A DNA stretch of 64,000 nucleotides, taken from assembly GCA_049512935.1 (NCBI GenBank), contig JBEKWR010000010.1, positions 26,426 to 90,425 on the forward strand. The letters run 5' to 3'. The DNA comes from Candidatus Bathyarchaeia archaeon (GTDB taxonomy: Archaea; Thermoproteota; Bathyarchaeia; Bathyarchaeales; Bathycorpusculaceae). Under the pieces are notes generated by a model. It made no database searches. It was not told the DNA's origin and saw only the letters and a program-made list of their open reading frames with translations. This document shows, piece by piece, positions 38,080 through 46,832 of this stretch. The translations under genes were made by a program, and so were the position numbers. The number at the start of each line of letters is the position of its first letter. Positions within the stretch are counted from its first letter, which is position 1.

Positions 38080-39783
38080 TTATGCGCTTCGCTGAGAGCT
38101 TCTCCGCTTACTTATTTCCTGAATTAATCCCACTTCTGATTTTTCCAGAATTCGTCTTTCAGAAAGAACCCCCACAATCTTTTCTCCCTGAACTACCACC
38201 AGACGCCTGATTTCGCTGGATTTCATGGTGTTCAAGGCTTCCAGAAGACTATTTTCACTGCTGATAGTGATTAATGGCGCGGACATGATTTCTTCAGCTG
38301 ACGTTTTCACGGGGTCTCGCTGGGTGCCTACTAATCGGTTAAGGACATCCTTCTCTGTTATTATGCCTACAGGCTTTTCGCCCTTGACAACGATAATTGA
38401 ACCGATGTTGTTTGCGAGCATGGAGTCGATAGCTTTAGATGCCGGTGACTCAGCCGATATAGTTATCGGCGGCGACCTCATGGCTGCTTCCACCGTCATA
38501 TCATGGAGGTCAAGGGACCTATTCCATAAATCGTCCAGCAAGTTTCTCATGCTTCTCAAGTAATCAGCGTCGTTAGTGTACAGCAGGTGATCAAAGTATG
38601 CCGAAGGCTCAGTTTTCTTCTTGATTGACAAAGGAGCTTTAAACATGAACATTTGCTTACCATCAACGATTGCTAAGCTTGAGGAAACAGCATCGGAATA
38701 TTTGACCCGATAGTGCTTGGAAAGTGCTTCGGCAGCCTCTAAATTTTCAAAATCAAGTGAAACCAGAACGCGTATTTGGAGTGGTTTGGAAACTTTAGAA
38801 AGAAGATTTGACAACATTGTGGTGAAACCTTTCGAAGTGGAAACGACGATTAGTTCTTCTTTTACTTCGCTTATCGCTTCACAAAACCTTTGATACGCTT
38901 CATCGGCGTCTCTTACAATAACCGTTTCTGAGGTCGACTCGCCAGTTTCAATCTCATTTATTCTTATTCCGAGATCAGTTGCTTCATCCCACGTTCCTTC
39001 AAAGAAGATTTTGAGCGCTGACACAATTTCTCGGCTATTAGTCCAAAGAACTGTTTCCTCTTGATCGGGAGTAGATGACTCCTCTGTCGGTGTCAGGAAA
39101 AAAACGATTTCATCATTATCCCTAATCACAAAACGAGGATATGACTTGGCTCCTAAGTCTTTGTGGCGTCCTTCAATTTCAAAATGCCTGGGCAAGGACT
39201 TCTGCAGAACCGCCTTCACAAATCTATAGTTTTCTCTTTTAATATTTGTCAGAATTCTAAATCTGATGTCATGCTTCTCGGTTAGGTCAAAGACTCCAGC
39301 TTGCTCTGACCTGATGATGCCTATGCTATCAACCATAGCTAGCACCTCCGTGTTCGCATGCTCGATTAACTCTATAATGCGCGAATACAGGTTATCTCTG
39401 CCCCTGATGACTGTAAACTTGGCCTGGTCGGGGGATGGTCTGTCTGGGATTATCGATTCCCAACGTGCTAGCAGCTTGCTTTTCCTAGCTTCAAGTTGAG
39501 TGGTTTCTTCTCTTTTGGCTCTTATCGTCATGTCAAGAAAATGCTCAAACGATACAGGCACGAAGCGTGCTGGGAATTCCAGTGTTGCCTCTGCTAACCC
39601 TCTGCTTTGCAGGACCTGTAAAATACGGTACACCTGCGCCTTATGCATCTTCAGCCGTTTGGAAACCTCACCGGCTCGTTGAACCCCTGTTTTCGCGATG
39701 AATAAATAGACTTCGGCTTCTTTTTCGGTCAAGCCGAAATCTCTGAGAATGGAGACTATTTCGCTTTCGGTCACTATAATCAC
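38080..39783 (-). CDS. TrmB-family regulator with duplicated effector domains and C-terminal CBS pair
   Basis: LRDFGLTEKEAEVYL..VYRIL..LQSRGL..TLEFPARF, two PLD-like TrmB_C units, then GIITEKDV/IRRLVV CBS motifs. Confidence 0.85.
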   Translation of the reverse strand: MIIVTESEIVSILRDFGLTEKEAEVYLFIAKTGVQRAGEVSKRLKMHKAQVYRILQVLQSRGLAEATLEFPARFVPVSFEHFLDMTIRAKREETTQLEARKSKLLARWESIIPDRPSPDQAKFTVIRGRDNLYSRIIELIEHANTEVLAMVDSIGIIRSEQAGVFDLTEKHDIRFRILTNIKRENYRFVKAVLQKSLPRHFEIEGRHKDLGAKSYPRFVIRDNDEIVFFLTPTEESSTPDQEETVLWTNSREIVSALKIFFEGTWDEATDLGIRINEIETGESTSETVIVRDADEAYQRFCEAISEVKEELIVVSTSKGFTTMLSNLLSKVSKPLQIRVLVSLDFENLEAAEALSKHYRVKYSDAVSSSLAIVDGKQMFMFKAPLSIKKKTEPSAYFDHLLYTNDADYLRSMRNLLDDLWNRSLDLHDMTVEAAMRSPPITISAESPASKAIDSMLANNIGSIIVVKGEKPVGIITEKDVLNRLVGTQRDPVKTSAEEIMSAPLITISSENSLLEALNTMKSSEIRRLVVVQGEKIVGVLSERRILEKSEVGLIQEISKRRSSQRSA

Positions 39784-39788
39784 TAACT

Positions 39789-39801
39789 TTTGTGACTGAC
39801 T
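39789..39801. promoter_or_regulatory. Island motif copy 1 (TTTGTGACTGACT) between TATA box and start of TrmB-CBS gene
   Basis: Matches the copies at 41466, 46762 and 49880. Minus-strand TATA TTATAAAA at 39814-39807. Confidence 0.55.
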
Positions 39802-39892
39802 AGTTATTTTATAACACGAAACTAATATGTTTTACTTGAAAATGCGTTGACAAGAAAAGTCTTTTTTTCGTATTTTCGTCGGAGGACACCAT

Positions 39893-40072
39893 ATGACTCT
39901 CTTACAGAATGAGGGTTTCGAGTATATTGAAGAAGATTTGACAGAGGACCGTCAAAAGAAAAGGTTTAGAGGAACATTGGAGCAACAGGAATTAATCCAG
40001 AGCGGAAGCGATTTCTATGAAGTTTTCCTGGCTCGGGATCCTTATAGCGAACTCAGATTCGTAAGGAAATAA
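39893..40072 (+). CDS. 59-aa hypothetical protein (below the ORF-track cut-off)
   Basis: GGAGG SD at 39881, ATG 39893, MTLLQNEGFEYIEEDLTEDRQKKRFRG...FVRK; the stop lies 2 nt before the next ATG. Confidence 0.65.
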   Translation: MTLLQNEGFEYIEEDLTEDRQKKRFRGTLEQQELIQSGSDFYEVFLARDPYSELRFVRK

Positions 40073-40074
40073 AA

Positions 40075-41139
40075 ATGATAGGTGCAGCAAAACCCAATGT
40101 TCTGGTCGTCGGAGCAGGCGCCATAGGCTTAAGCGTTGCGGGTTGGATTTTTCCTTACAACGAAAACCTGCATCTCTTAGCTCGGGGAGAAAGCGTCGAT
40201 GAGATTAAGCGAAATGGATTGTGCCTGCATCAGATAGGTCAGGAACCCAAAGTTGTTAGGATACCTGTAGTCAAGTCTTTAGACGAAATTTCAGTGCCAG
40301 ATGTCATAGTCATTGCGGTGAAAAATTATGACCTCGACCGAGCCGCTTTTGCGCTTCGGCAAGAACTGAAAAACGTTGAACCAATCGTTGTGACCCTTCA
40401 GAATGGCGTAGATAACCAGCAGATACTGCCCAAATATTTTTCGAAAGCATTATTCGGCGTCGTTTGCTACAATGCTTGGCGAGAAGGACCGGGCAAAGTT
40501 GCATATGTGAAGCATGGGCACCTGCTTATAGGGACTCCAACAAATGACTTGCAACAGGAACTTAAAAGCGCTAGAGGCGTCTTCAACAGCGGATTAGACT
40601 GTTTTATCACCGATCGTTTAGAGGATGCGGTTCACTGTAAATTAGCGATTAACCTGATAAACGGGTTGATGGCGTTAGTTGGGTTCCGAAAACGCTCCAT
40701 TGAGTCTGAAAAGATTCTGGTACACATGACCACTAGGCTGCTCTGGGAAGGAGTTCAAGTGCTGCAAGCGGCAGGTTTTAAGGAGCAGGAACTCGGAAGC
40801 ATGCCTTCTTGGAGCGAGATTCAAATGGCTGTCAACATCCCAGAATCACGTGCAAATCCCCTCTACGACTTTATTGTCAACAGGGTAGGACCGACCAGCA
40901 TGACACAGGATGTGTTCGCTGGGAAGAAAACGACTGAGTTGGACTCATTGAACGGGCATATGCTTGAGTTAGCCCAGAGGGTGAGGGTTCCAATGCCGAT
41001 TAACCGAGCTATCTACGAGATTGCTAAGGAACGTTTCTGCCCTGGCTTTGAACCCATTCAAGAAATTGATCTTTGGGAAATGATAAACGAGAGAATTCTG
41101 GACAGCACGAAGATGCTAACTCGAACACTTGCCGCTTAG
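40075..41139 (+). CDS. Ketopantoate reductase (PanE/ApbA) family oxidoreductase
   Basis: VVGAGAIG, IAVKNYD, TLQNGV, KLAIN..N, TSMTQDV..G..TELDSLNG. Confidence 0.85.
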   Translation: MIGAAKPNVLVVGAGAIGLSVAGWIFPYNENLHLLARGESVDEIKRNGLCLHQIGQEPKVVRIPVVKSLDEISVPDVIVIAVKNYDLDRAAFALRQELKNVEPIVVTLQNGVDNQQILPKYFSKALFGVVCYNAWREGPGKVAYVKHGHLLIGTPTNDLQQELKSARGVFNSGLDCFITDRLEDAVHCKLAINLINGLMALVGFRKRSIESEKILVHMTTRLLWEGVQVLQAAGFKEQELGSMPSWSEIQMAVNIPESRANPLYDFIVNRVGPTSMTQDVFAGKKTTELDSLNGHMLELAQRVRVPMPINRAIYEIAKERFCPGFEPIQEIDLWEMINERILDSTKMLTRTLAA

Positions 41140-41205
41140 CACTGATAACGCCTATTACATCCAACTTTTTAGGCTTCTTCGTGTGTACTAGAATTTTGGA
41201 GCTGC

Positions 41206-41391
41206 TTACAGTAGATAGATGATCAAAGCGACTAAGCTTAAGATGCCAATTGCTATGTCTAACCCCATTACCGCTTTCATGATTTTCATAAAAAACTGCA
41301 TGCGTTTAGAGCCGAACCTTATCGCGGCGACGCCAGCGAACATCATAACTGCACTTACCGCCAGCATTCCAAGCGCAAATAACGGAAACAT
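41206..41391 (-). CDS. 61-aa two-helix membrane protein
   Basis: Strong GGAGGTG SD, two hydrophobic helices and its own conserved promoter (41441-41480). Confidence 0.65.
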   Translation of the reverse strand: MFPLFALGMLAVSAVMMFAGVAAIRFGSKRMQFFMKIMKAVMGLDIAIGILSLVALIIYLL

Positions 41392-41440
41392 TGTTGTTTG
41401 CCACCTCCTCTTAAATTGTTTTATTTGTCTGGCTTGAATA

Positions 41441-41480
41441 AGTAGTTAAAATTTAGTTTGGAACATTTGTTACTCACTGC
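41441..41480 (-). promoter_or_regulatory. Conserved island promoter (copy 2)
   Basis: AGTAGTTAAAATTTAGTTTGGAACATTTGTTACTCACTGC is 34/40 identical to 46737-46776. Confidence 0.75.
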
Positions 41481-41609
41481 AAAAATGTTTTTGGGCACTC
41501 AACAGGGCTTTCTGCTTTGTGGGGCGGTCAGTGGTTTGTTGCTTTTGCAATTAACCACATCTTATTAGTGGCCTGCGAAACAAGCATTAGTCGAGAGGTA
41601 TGATGCAGA

Positions 41610-42533
41610 GTGTTCAAATTCGAAAAAGAGCAGCGTGTCCTCGATATTGCTGGAGTTAAAGTGGGCGGTCAACCAGGCGAGTACCCAACAGTCCTTATTC
41701 CCAGCATATTCTACGACGGACACAAAATCGTCAGCGACCCAATCAAGGGTGACTTTGACAGACCGAAAGCTGAAACGCTAATCAACAGGCTGAGTGAACT
41801 CTCTGAAAAAACTGGAAACCAATTTTTCCTCGATGTCGTGGGTAATACGTCCGAAGCGCTGGTCAGGTACGCAGATTTCGTTTCCAATGTGACACAGTCC
41901 CCTTTTCTGGTCGATGGTCCTTCCGAACAAGTTAGAATCCCTGCAATGGAGCGCATAGAGGAAATGGGCCTTATGAACCGAGCCATCTACAATTCAATTG
42001 ATTACCATGCTTCGGACAGAGAGCTGAAATCGCTTAAAGACCTCGGCGTGCAAAACGCTATTGTTATGGCTTTTGACCCGAAGAAGCCTTTGGCTGAGGG
42101 AAGAGTAAGCATCCTTAAGGGTTATTCGGGACAAAGAGGACTCATGAACGCTGCTGAACTGGCAGGCATAAAAAATGTCCTTGTAGACACGGGCGTTCTG
42201 GATGTTCCCAGCATAGGCATAGCAGCTAGGGCGGTGCAGCTTGTCAAGAACGAGTTTGGGCTGCCCACGGGTTGTGCGCCTGCAAACGCAGTGACTGGCT
42301 GGAAAAGGGTTAAGAAAGGCGAGTTCGGACCAGCAGCCTACAGCGTCTGCTTGGGCGGTTCTGTTGTTGTTACGCAAATGTCGGGGGCAAACTTTGTTCT
42401 GCACGGTCCAGTTGAATTTGCTGAGGCTGCTTTTCCAGCGTGCGCGATGACCGACGCGATCATAGCCTACGCGGCGAAGAGACTGGGCACTACGATAAAA
42501 ACGCCGAACCATCCACTCTACAAAATCTTTTAG
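41610..42533 (+). CDS. mtrH: MtrH-family methyl-corrinoid:tetrahydropterin methyltransferase (MT2)
   Basis: MFKFEKEQ..DIAGVKVGGQPGEYPTVL..SIFY.GH, PFLVD, RAIYNSI, LVDT, GLPTGCAPANA, GANFVLHGPVE. No other mtr subunits nearby. Confidence 0.9.
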   Translation: MFKFEKEQRVLDIAGVKVGGQPGEYPTVLIPSIFYDGHKIVSDPIKGDFDRPKAETLINRLSELSEKTGNQFFLDVVGNTSEALVRYADFVSNVTQSPFLVDGPSEQVRIPAMERIEEMGLMNRAIYNSIDYHASDRELKSLKDLGVQNAIVMAFDPKKPLAEGRVSILKGYSGQRGLMNAAELAGIKNVLVDTGVLDVPSIGIAARAVQLVKNEFGLPTGCAPANAVTGWKRVKKGEFGPAAYSVCLGGSVVVTQMSGANFVLHGPVEFAEAAFPACAMTDAIIAYAAKRLGTTIKTPNHPLYKIF

Positions 42534-42558
42534 GCTGTTGAGCTGGTGGGAATCCTAT

Positions 42559-43923
42559 TTAAGGCAAAAAAGAGATTTGCGGGTAGTTTTTTGTGCCTGT
42601 GAAGGTTGCCTGACCTAGGGGTCCCAGTTTCACTGTGCCCGACATTGAGTTGCCGTTGCGCTTCGCGGTGAATTCAAAGGTTATGCGCCGCGGAAATTTT
42701 ATCGATGCTTTCCACGTCATCTGGTCACCATTAATTGTTCCGTCTGAAATGTTGCTGTGACCTGCGCGACTGTCCATCTTGCCCGTGAGTTTGTCGCCGT
42801 CAGTGGAGATATGCAATGTTGCCTTCTGTGTGCCTAGAGGCGTCTTCATTGTGATTTCCCAGGTCTCGGAAACAGCTACGCCTTTGGTTTCTTCAGTAAG
42901 AGTGGGATAAGTTTCATTTTCTGTTTCAGGTGCTTCATTTTTAACCGTTTCAGTCTTTTCTGGTTCCCCAAACAGTGTTGGGTCAACGATGTCCATGCCG
43001 ATGTTTTCGAATGACTCCTTAAAGGCGTCAGGATTGGACTCGGCAGCCTGCAAAGACAACTCGGTCATGCGCGCCATCCGTTCCACCTCGGTTTTTCCTC
43101 GTCGCCAGTAGGCTTGGCATTTGAAATCGCCTTTTTGGAGACCGCGCTCCTCTAAAAGGAACTTGCGTATTTCAGTAACCATCTTCATCTCGCCGCATGC
43201 CCAAACGAAAACCTTTCCCTTTGGCCAATGAAGCTCGCGAATCGCTTTCAGCAGGAGATCGCTTGTGCCCGGTTCTGCGCCGCCCCGATGCAACCACGTC
43301 ACCGTGAGGTCAGCCTTCGTCTCGATGGGCTGTTCTTCGAGCTTGTTAGCGACTTCGAGGAAGGCCATCGCTTTTGTTCCTGATTCTAAGGCTTCAAGGT
43401 CGGTTTGTGCACTGGGAATTGCGGCTTCATCTGCGCAGAGCACAAACACGTCTGCTTGGTGAGCGGTTAACGGGTTATGGCCTGACGGAAGGGAGAACTC
43501 CACTATGCCTAAACGGTCACCCGCTTTTGCGTTGCTAGCCCAATCGCTGGCAAGCCCAGGGACATTATGCAGAGTGAAGTCAACTGTGAGTTCAAGCGCA
43601 TCTGGATTGAATCTGCGTGCAGTAAAAGCCCGAACGAGCGGGTCTTCAGAAAACGCGCTGAAAGAACTGACTTCGGTTTCGGATGTGGTCCTGTATTCTA
43701 CTTCGCCACCCGACGTGAGGAAAGGCTCTGGTGGATTGCTGTGACCCTTTGGGGGAAAATAAAGACGGATGAGCATCTCGGGGCGCCAGTGACCCTTCAA
43801 ACCTTCTAAGGCTACCCCGTGAAGAGTTATTCGCCTTACACAAGGAGTTAACTGCTCGATGCGAGACACCTCGCAGACACCAGCGACATGATATTTTGGT
43901 TCATAATCTATTTTTTCCGTCAC
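42559..43923 (-). CDS. Siderophore-interacting (ViuB-like, FAD-binding) protein fused to a C-terminal beta-rich domain
   Basis: LTPCVRRITL, RAFTARRF, DFTLH..GLASDWA..AKAGD, ADEAAIP, WACGE, YWRRG, plus a ~95-aa WEITMKTPLG...FTGTK domain. Confidence 0.8.
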   Translation of the reverse strand: MTEKIDYEPKYHVAGVCEVSRIEQLTPCVRRITLHGVALEGLKGHWRPEMLIRLYFPPKGHSNPPEPFLTSGGEVEYRTTSETEVSSFSAFSEDPLVRAFTARRFNPDALELTVDFTLHNVPGLASDWASNAKAGDRLGIVEFSLPSGHNPLTAHQADVFVLCADEAAIPSAQTDLEALESGTKAMAFLEVANKLEEQPIETKADLTVTWLHRGGAEPGTSDLLLKAIRELHWPKGKVFVWACGEMKMVTEIRKFLLEERGLQKGDFKCQAYWRRGKTEVERMARMTELSLQAAESNPDAFKESFENIGMDIVDPTLFGEPEKTETVKNEAPETENETYPTLTEETKGVAVSETWEITMKTPLGTQKATLHISTDGDKLTGKMDSRAGHSNISDGTINGDQMTWKASIKFPRRITFEFTAKRNGNSMSGTVKLGPLGQATFTGTKNYPQISFLP

Positions 43924-43936
43924 AAATAATCTCCTC

Positions 43937-45838
43937 CTACAAAATCTTCAACCGCTGCAACTGGTTTTGGACACTGGGATACTTTGCTATGTTTCGATGC
44001 GGAAGGAATACGGAATCCAAGAATTCTTTGCGGAAACAGGGGGCGGTCATGAGCTCAACGTAATTGACGCTTGCTGAAATTCTTTGAGCTTCCTTCCTCG
44101 CTTGCCTGGACAGCAGAGTTATTTTCGCGCCTGAAACAGCAGTGTTGCCGACAAACTCGATTTTCTGGGTAGCCACGTCGGGAATCAAGCCGATGAGCTT
44201 GGCGCTTTCAGGATTCAGGTATTTTCCAAAGGCTCCCGCGATATACACGTGTTCAATGCCAGCCTCAACCACGTTCCTTTTGTTCATGAGAACTGTGGCG
44301 CCCGTGTGGAGCGCCGCCTTCGCCAGCTGCATCTCTTGGATGTCTCTTCGGCTGATTGTTATGTCGCTGCCCAAAATGGTCTCATTTTTCCAAGCTACGA
44401 CGAATTTCGTTTCCCCGTTGACTGCGCGAAGGCGTTTTGATTCAAGATTCTTGTTAAAGTCTCCACGCTGGTTAATTACTCCGCACCTGAACATTTCGGC
44501 AACGGCATCGACGACTCCTGAACCGCATATCCCAACAGGTTTGCCGTCGTCAATGGCCACGAATTCTACATCCAACGTTTCAGCGTCAATCTTCACCCGC
44601 TCGATAGCTCCCGTGCCCGCTTTCATTCCGTACTCAATGTGCATGCCCTCAAACGCTGGACCAGCAGCGCATGAGCAAGCAACAATACTCTGCTTGTTTC
44701 CCACAAAAACCTCGCCGTTCGTTCCTATATCCATAAGAAGGCACACTTTACTCATTTTATGCATCCCTGTTGCCAGAACGTCTGCGACAGCGTCTGCCCC
44801 GACAAAGCCAGCTATATTGGGCAAAACATGAACGTTGCCTGATGGGTTGGCGGTGATTTCCAAAGATGCCGCTTTAACGTTCACCGCTTTCTTTATCGCT
44901 GGCACGTAGGGTGCAAAAAGAAGGTTTTTGGGTTGAATTCCGAGGAAGAAGTGATGCATCGCCGTGTTCCCAACGACCGTGACTTCGTAGACATCCCGCG
45001 TGTTGACGTTGCTTTCTTGGCATGCATCAACAATTAAGGAGTTGATTGTTTCGATTAGTGCCTGATGGAGTTCTTTGAAGTTTTCGTCGTTGGCTTGAGC
45101 ATAAGTTATTCTTGAGATTACATCTTCCCCGTGGGCTAACTGCGGGTTTTCCGCAGACTTGACCGCAACTGTTTTTCCTGAAGTTAAGTCCACGAGGTAC
45201 CCAACAATTTTTGAAGTGCCAATGTCCACTGAAAAGCCGAATTCATTTTTCTCTGTATTCCCATGTTCAACTGAAACTATTTTCTCGTCATTCCAAACAG
45301 TTGCCGTAACCTTCCATTCTGCCTCTCTCAAAACATTTGGCAACGTTTGAAGCAGCTCGTAGTCAATCTCCAAATCGGCAAATCCTCTTTTCTGCAACGA
45401 TTCAAGAAGCCTCTCAAAATCGGGCTGCACATCAACGATTGTGGGCTTTTGCAGTTCCAAGTAGAGCTTTCTTACTGCAGGGTTCAGTTTTACATGTTGC
45501 TCCGCTCCTTGTGCTTGGATTTTTCTTTTTCCTGTTCTGCTTTCAGAAGGCACCATCACCAAGAGGTTGCCTTGAACGCGTGTGCAACATGCAAGTCTGA
45601 GACCATCAGTCAATTCAGACGACGAAAGATACTTCTGTTCCGCAGCGGTGACTCCGCTAACCTCGGCATGATTCTTGATAATTACACGGCACTTACCGCA
45701 AGAACCTTCGCCGCCACAGTCAGAGCGTATGCCAACTCCCGTCTCTTTAGCTGCCTCAAGCACGGTTGCGTCTGGCTTGAAAGTTAATCTCTTGCCTTCT
45801 GGCTGAAAACAAATTTCAATTCCTTTTTCCATCATCAT
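43937..45838 (-). CDS. ASKHA-type reductive activator of corrinoid proteins (RACE/RACo) with N-terminal 2Fe-2S domain
   Basis: CGGEGSCGKC..RLACC, DIGTS, NPQ..HGEDVISR, GFVGAD, DIGTNGE, CAAGPAFEG, GICGSG, AGAFG. Confidence 0.92.
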   Translation of the reverse strand: MMMEKGIEICFQPEGKRLTFKPDATVLEAAKETGVGIRSDCGGEGSCGKCRVIIKNHAEVSGVTAAEQKYLSSSELTDGLRLACCTRVQGNLLVMVPSESRTGKRKIQAQGAEQHVKLNPAVRKLYLELQKPTIVDVQPDFERLLESLQKRGFADLEIDYELLQTLPNVLREAEWKVTATVWNDEKIVSVEHGNTEKNEFGFSVDIGTSKIVGYLVDLTSGKTVAVKSAENPQLAHGEDVISRITYAQANDENFKELHQALIETINSLIVDACQESNVNTRDVYEVTVVGNTAMHHFFLGIQPKNLLFAPYVPAIKKAVNVKAASLEITANPSGNVHVLPNIAGFVGADAVADVLATGMHKMSKVCLLMDIGTNGEVFVGNKQSIVACSCAAGPAFEGMHIEYGMKAGTGAIERVKIDAETLDVEFVAIDDGKPVGICGSGVVDAVAEMFRCGVINQRGDFNKNLESKRLRAVNGETKFVVAWKNETILGSDITISRRDIQEMQLAKAALHTGATVLMNKRNVVEAGIEHVYIAGAFGKYLNPESAKLIGLIPDVATQKIEFVGNTAVSGAKITLLSRQARKEAQRISASVNYVELMTAPCFRKEFLDSVFLPHRNIAKYPSVQNQLQRLKIL

Positions 45839-45892
45839 ACCTGACCGTGTTTAACCTGTGAGAGGTTAACATCCAGCTTTAGCTGTCTTTGA

Positions 45893-46219
45893 TTATAGTT
45901 TTGCAAGTATCTGGTTTTCAGGTCGAACCAAAATCAGGCCTTTTTCCATATCAGCGCTGCGTATCTTGTACATGTTCTCGTGTGGGAGCCCGTTTTCTTT
46001 CGGTAGACCCTTTGCCCATCTGGCTTCTACGACTCCGTTAAACCTTAGGTGCTTCTGAGTTATGTGAGAGGTGAATTCGACAGATACCGTGTCGCCGACT
46101 TCGTATTTGAACTGAGAGACCGGGTTGCTTTCGCATAGAGCGGCACTTTCCATGGTTTGGTACGTGTTTCCACACTTTTCACATTGATAAGATGGCGTTG
46201 GGGTATCTATTTTCTTCAC
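45893..46219 (-). CDS. Small hypothetical protein, N-terminal CxxC zinc-finger-like plus SH3-like domain
   Basis: YQCEKCGNTY...ALCE followed by FKYEVGDTVSV. It sits inside the operon. Confidence 0.6.
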   Translation of the reverse strand: MKKIDTPTPSYQCEKCGNTYQTMESAALCESNPVSQFKYEVGDTVSVEFTSHITQKHLRFNGVVEARWAKGLPKENGLPHENMYKIRSADMEKGLILVRPENQILAKL

Positions 46220-46323
46220 GAGTCTTCAACCCTCTGCATTACTCAAATTTTCCTTAATGCTCGCATTGTAGATGTCACATAAGCCCTGAATTGTCCGAGG
46301 TAAGTTGCTGCTTTGTGCTCTTG

Positions 46324-46680
46324 CTAACCGATTGCTGGCAACAACTTAAACAGCGCTGCAATGTCTCCGTGAATTTTAATCAAGTTGTTACCCATTGCTT
46401 CCATAGGGTTGACTGATCCATCGAGGAAGCCCTTCATGGTTTCCACGTTATCGGCGGTCACAGTAGCTGCCGCGTCTTTTAAGTTAATTTGTGACGCGGG
46501 AACTCTTTCGCTTGTCACGGTTCCATCCATCGCAAATTTCAATCGGTAACCGACGCCGATGTCGGTGAAAACTTGTTGAACCATCTTACCCCAGCCAGAT
46601 GTCAAGCTTTTGTTTTCATTGAGCTTTTGCACCATGGTTTTCATGACTTCGTCGGCCATCTGTTCTTTGTTTTGAGCCAT
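46324..46680 (-). CDS. SCP2 sterol/lipid-binding domain protein
   Basis: AAATVTAD..TMKGFLDGSVNPMEAMGNNLIKIHGDIAALFKL is the SCP2 C-terminal pattern. GAGGTGG SD. Confidence 0.8.
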   Translation of the reverse strand: MAQNKEQMADEVMKTMVQKLNENKSLTSGWGKMVQQVFTDIGVGYRLKFAMDGTVTSERVPASQINLKDAAATVTADNVETMKGFLDGSVNPMEAMGNNLIKIHGDIAALFKLLPAIG

Positions 46681-46736
46681 TCTTTTCCACCTCAAACCTT
46701 GCCTTCAGTTTAGATGTTGCTTGTTTAGCTTCGTTT

Positions 46737-46776
46737 AGTAGTTAAGTTCTAGTTTGGAACATTTGTAACTGACTCC
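46737..46776 (-). promoter_or_regulatory. Conserved island promoter (copy 3)
   Basis: AGTAGTTAAGTTCTAGTTTGGAACATTTGTAACTGACTCC, upstream of the SCP2-RACE-SIP operon. Confidence 0.75.
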
Positions 46777-46832
46777 AGAAAACAATAGTGCGGGCGGCAT
46801 CATCATTTTGACGGTCGCGTGGTAAGGTGATT

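Noticed and set aside
41610-42533. MtrH as evidence for a membrane Mtr complex or methanogenesis
   Set aside because: No mtrA-G or mcr genes are present. A stand-alone MtrH beside corrinoid genes fits a soluble MT2.
44142-44831. Long antisense and overlapping ORFs in the ORF track (e.g. 44142-44831, 26576-27175, 31161-31751, 41994-42512)
   Set aside because: They are shadows of well-supported genes and have no recognisable motifs or SD sites.
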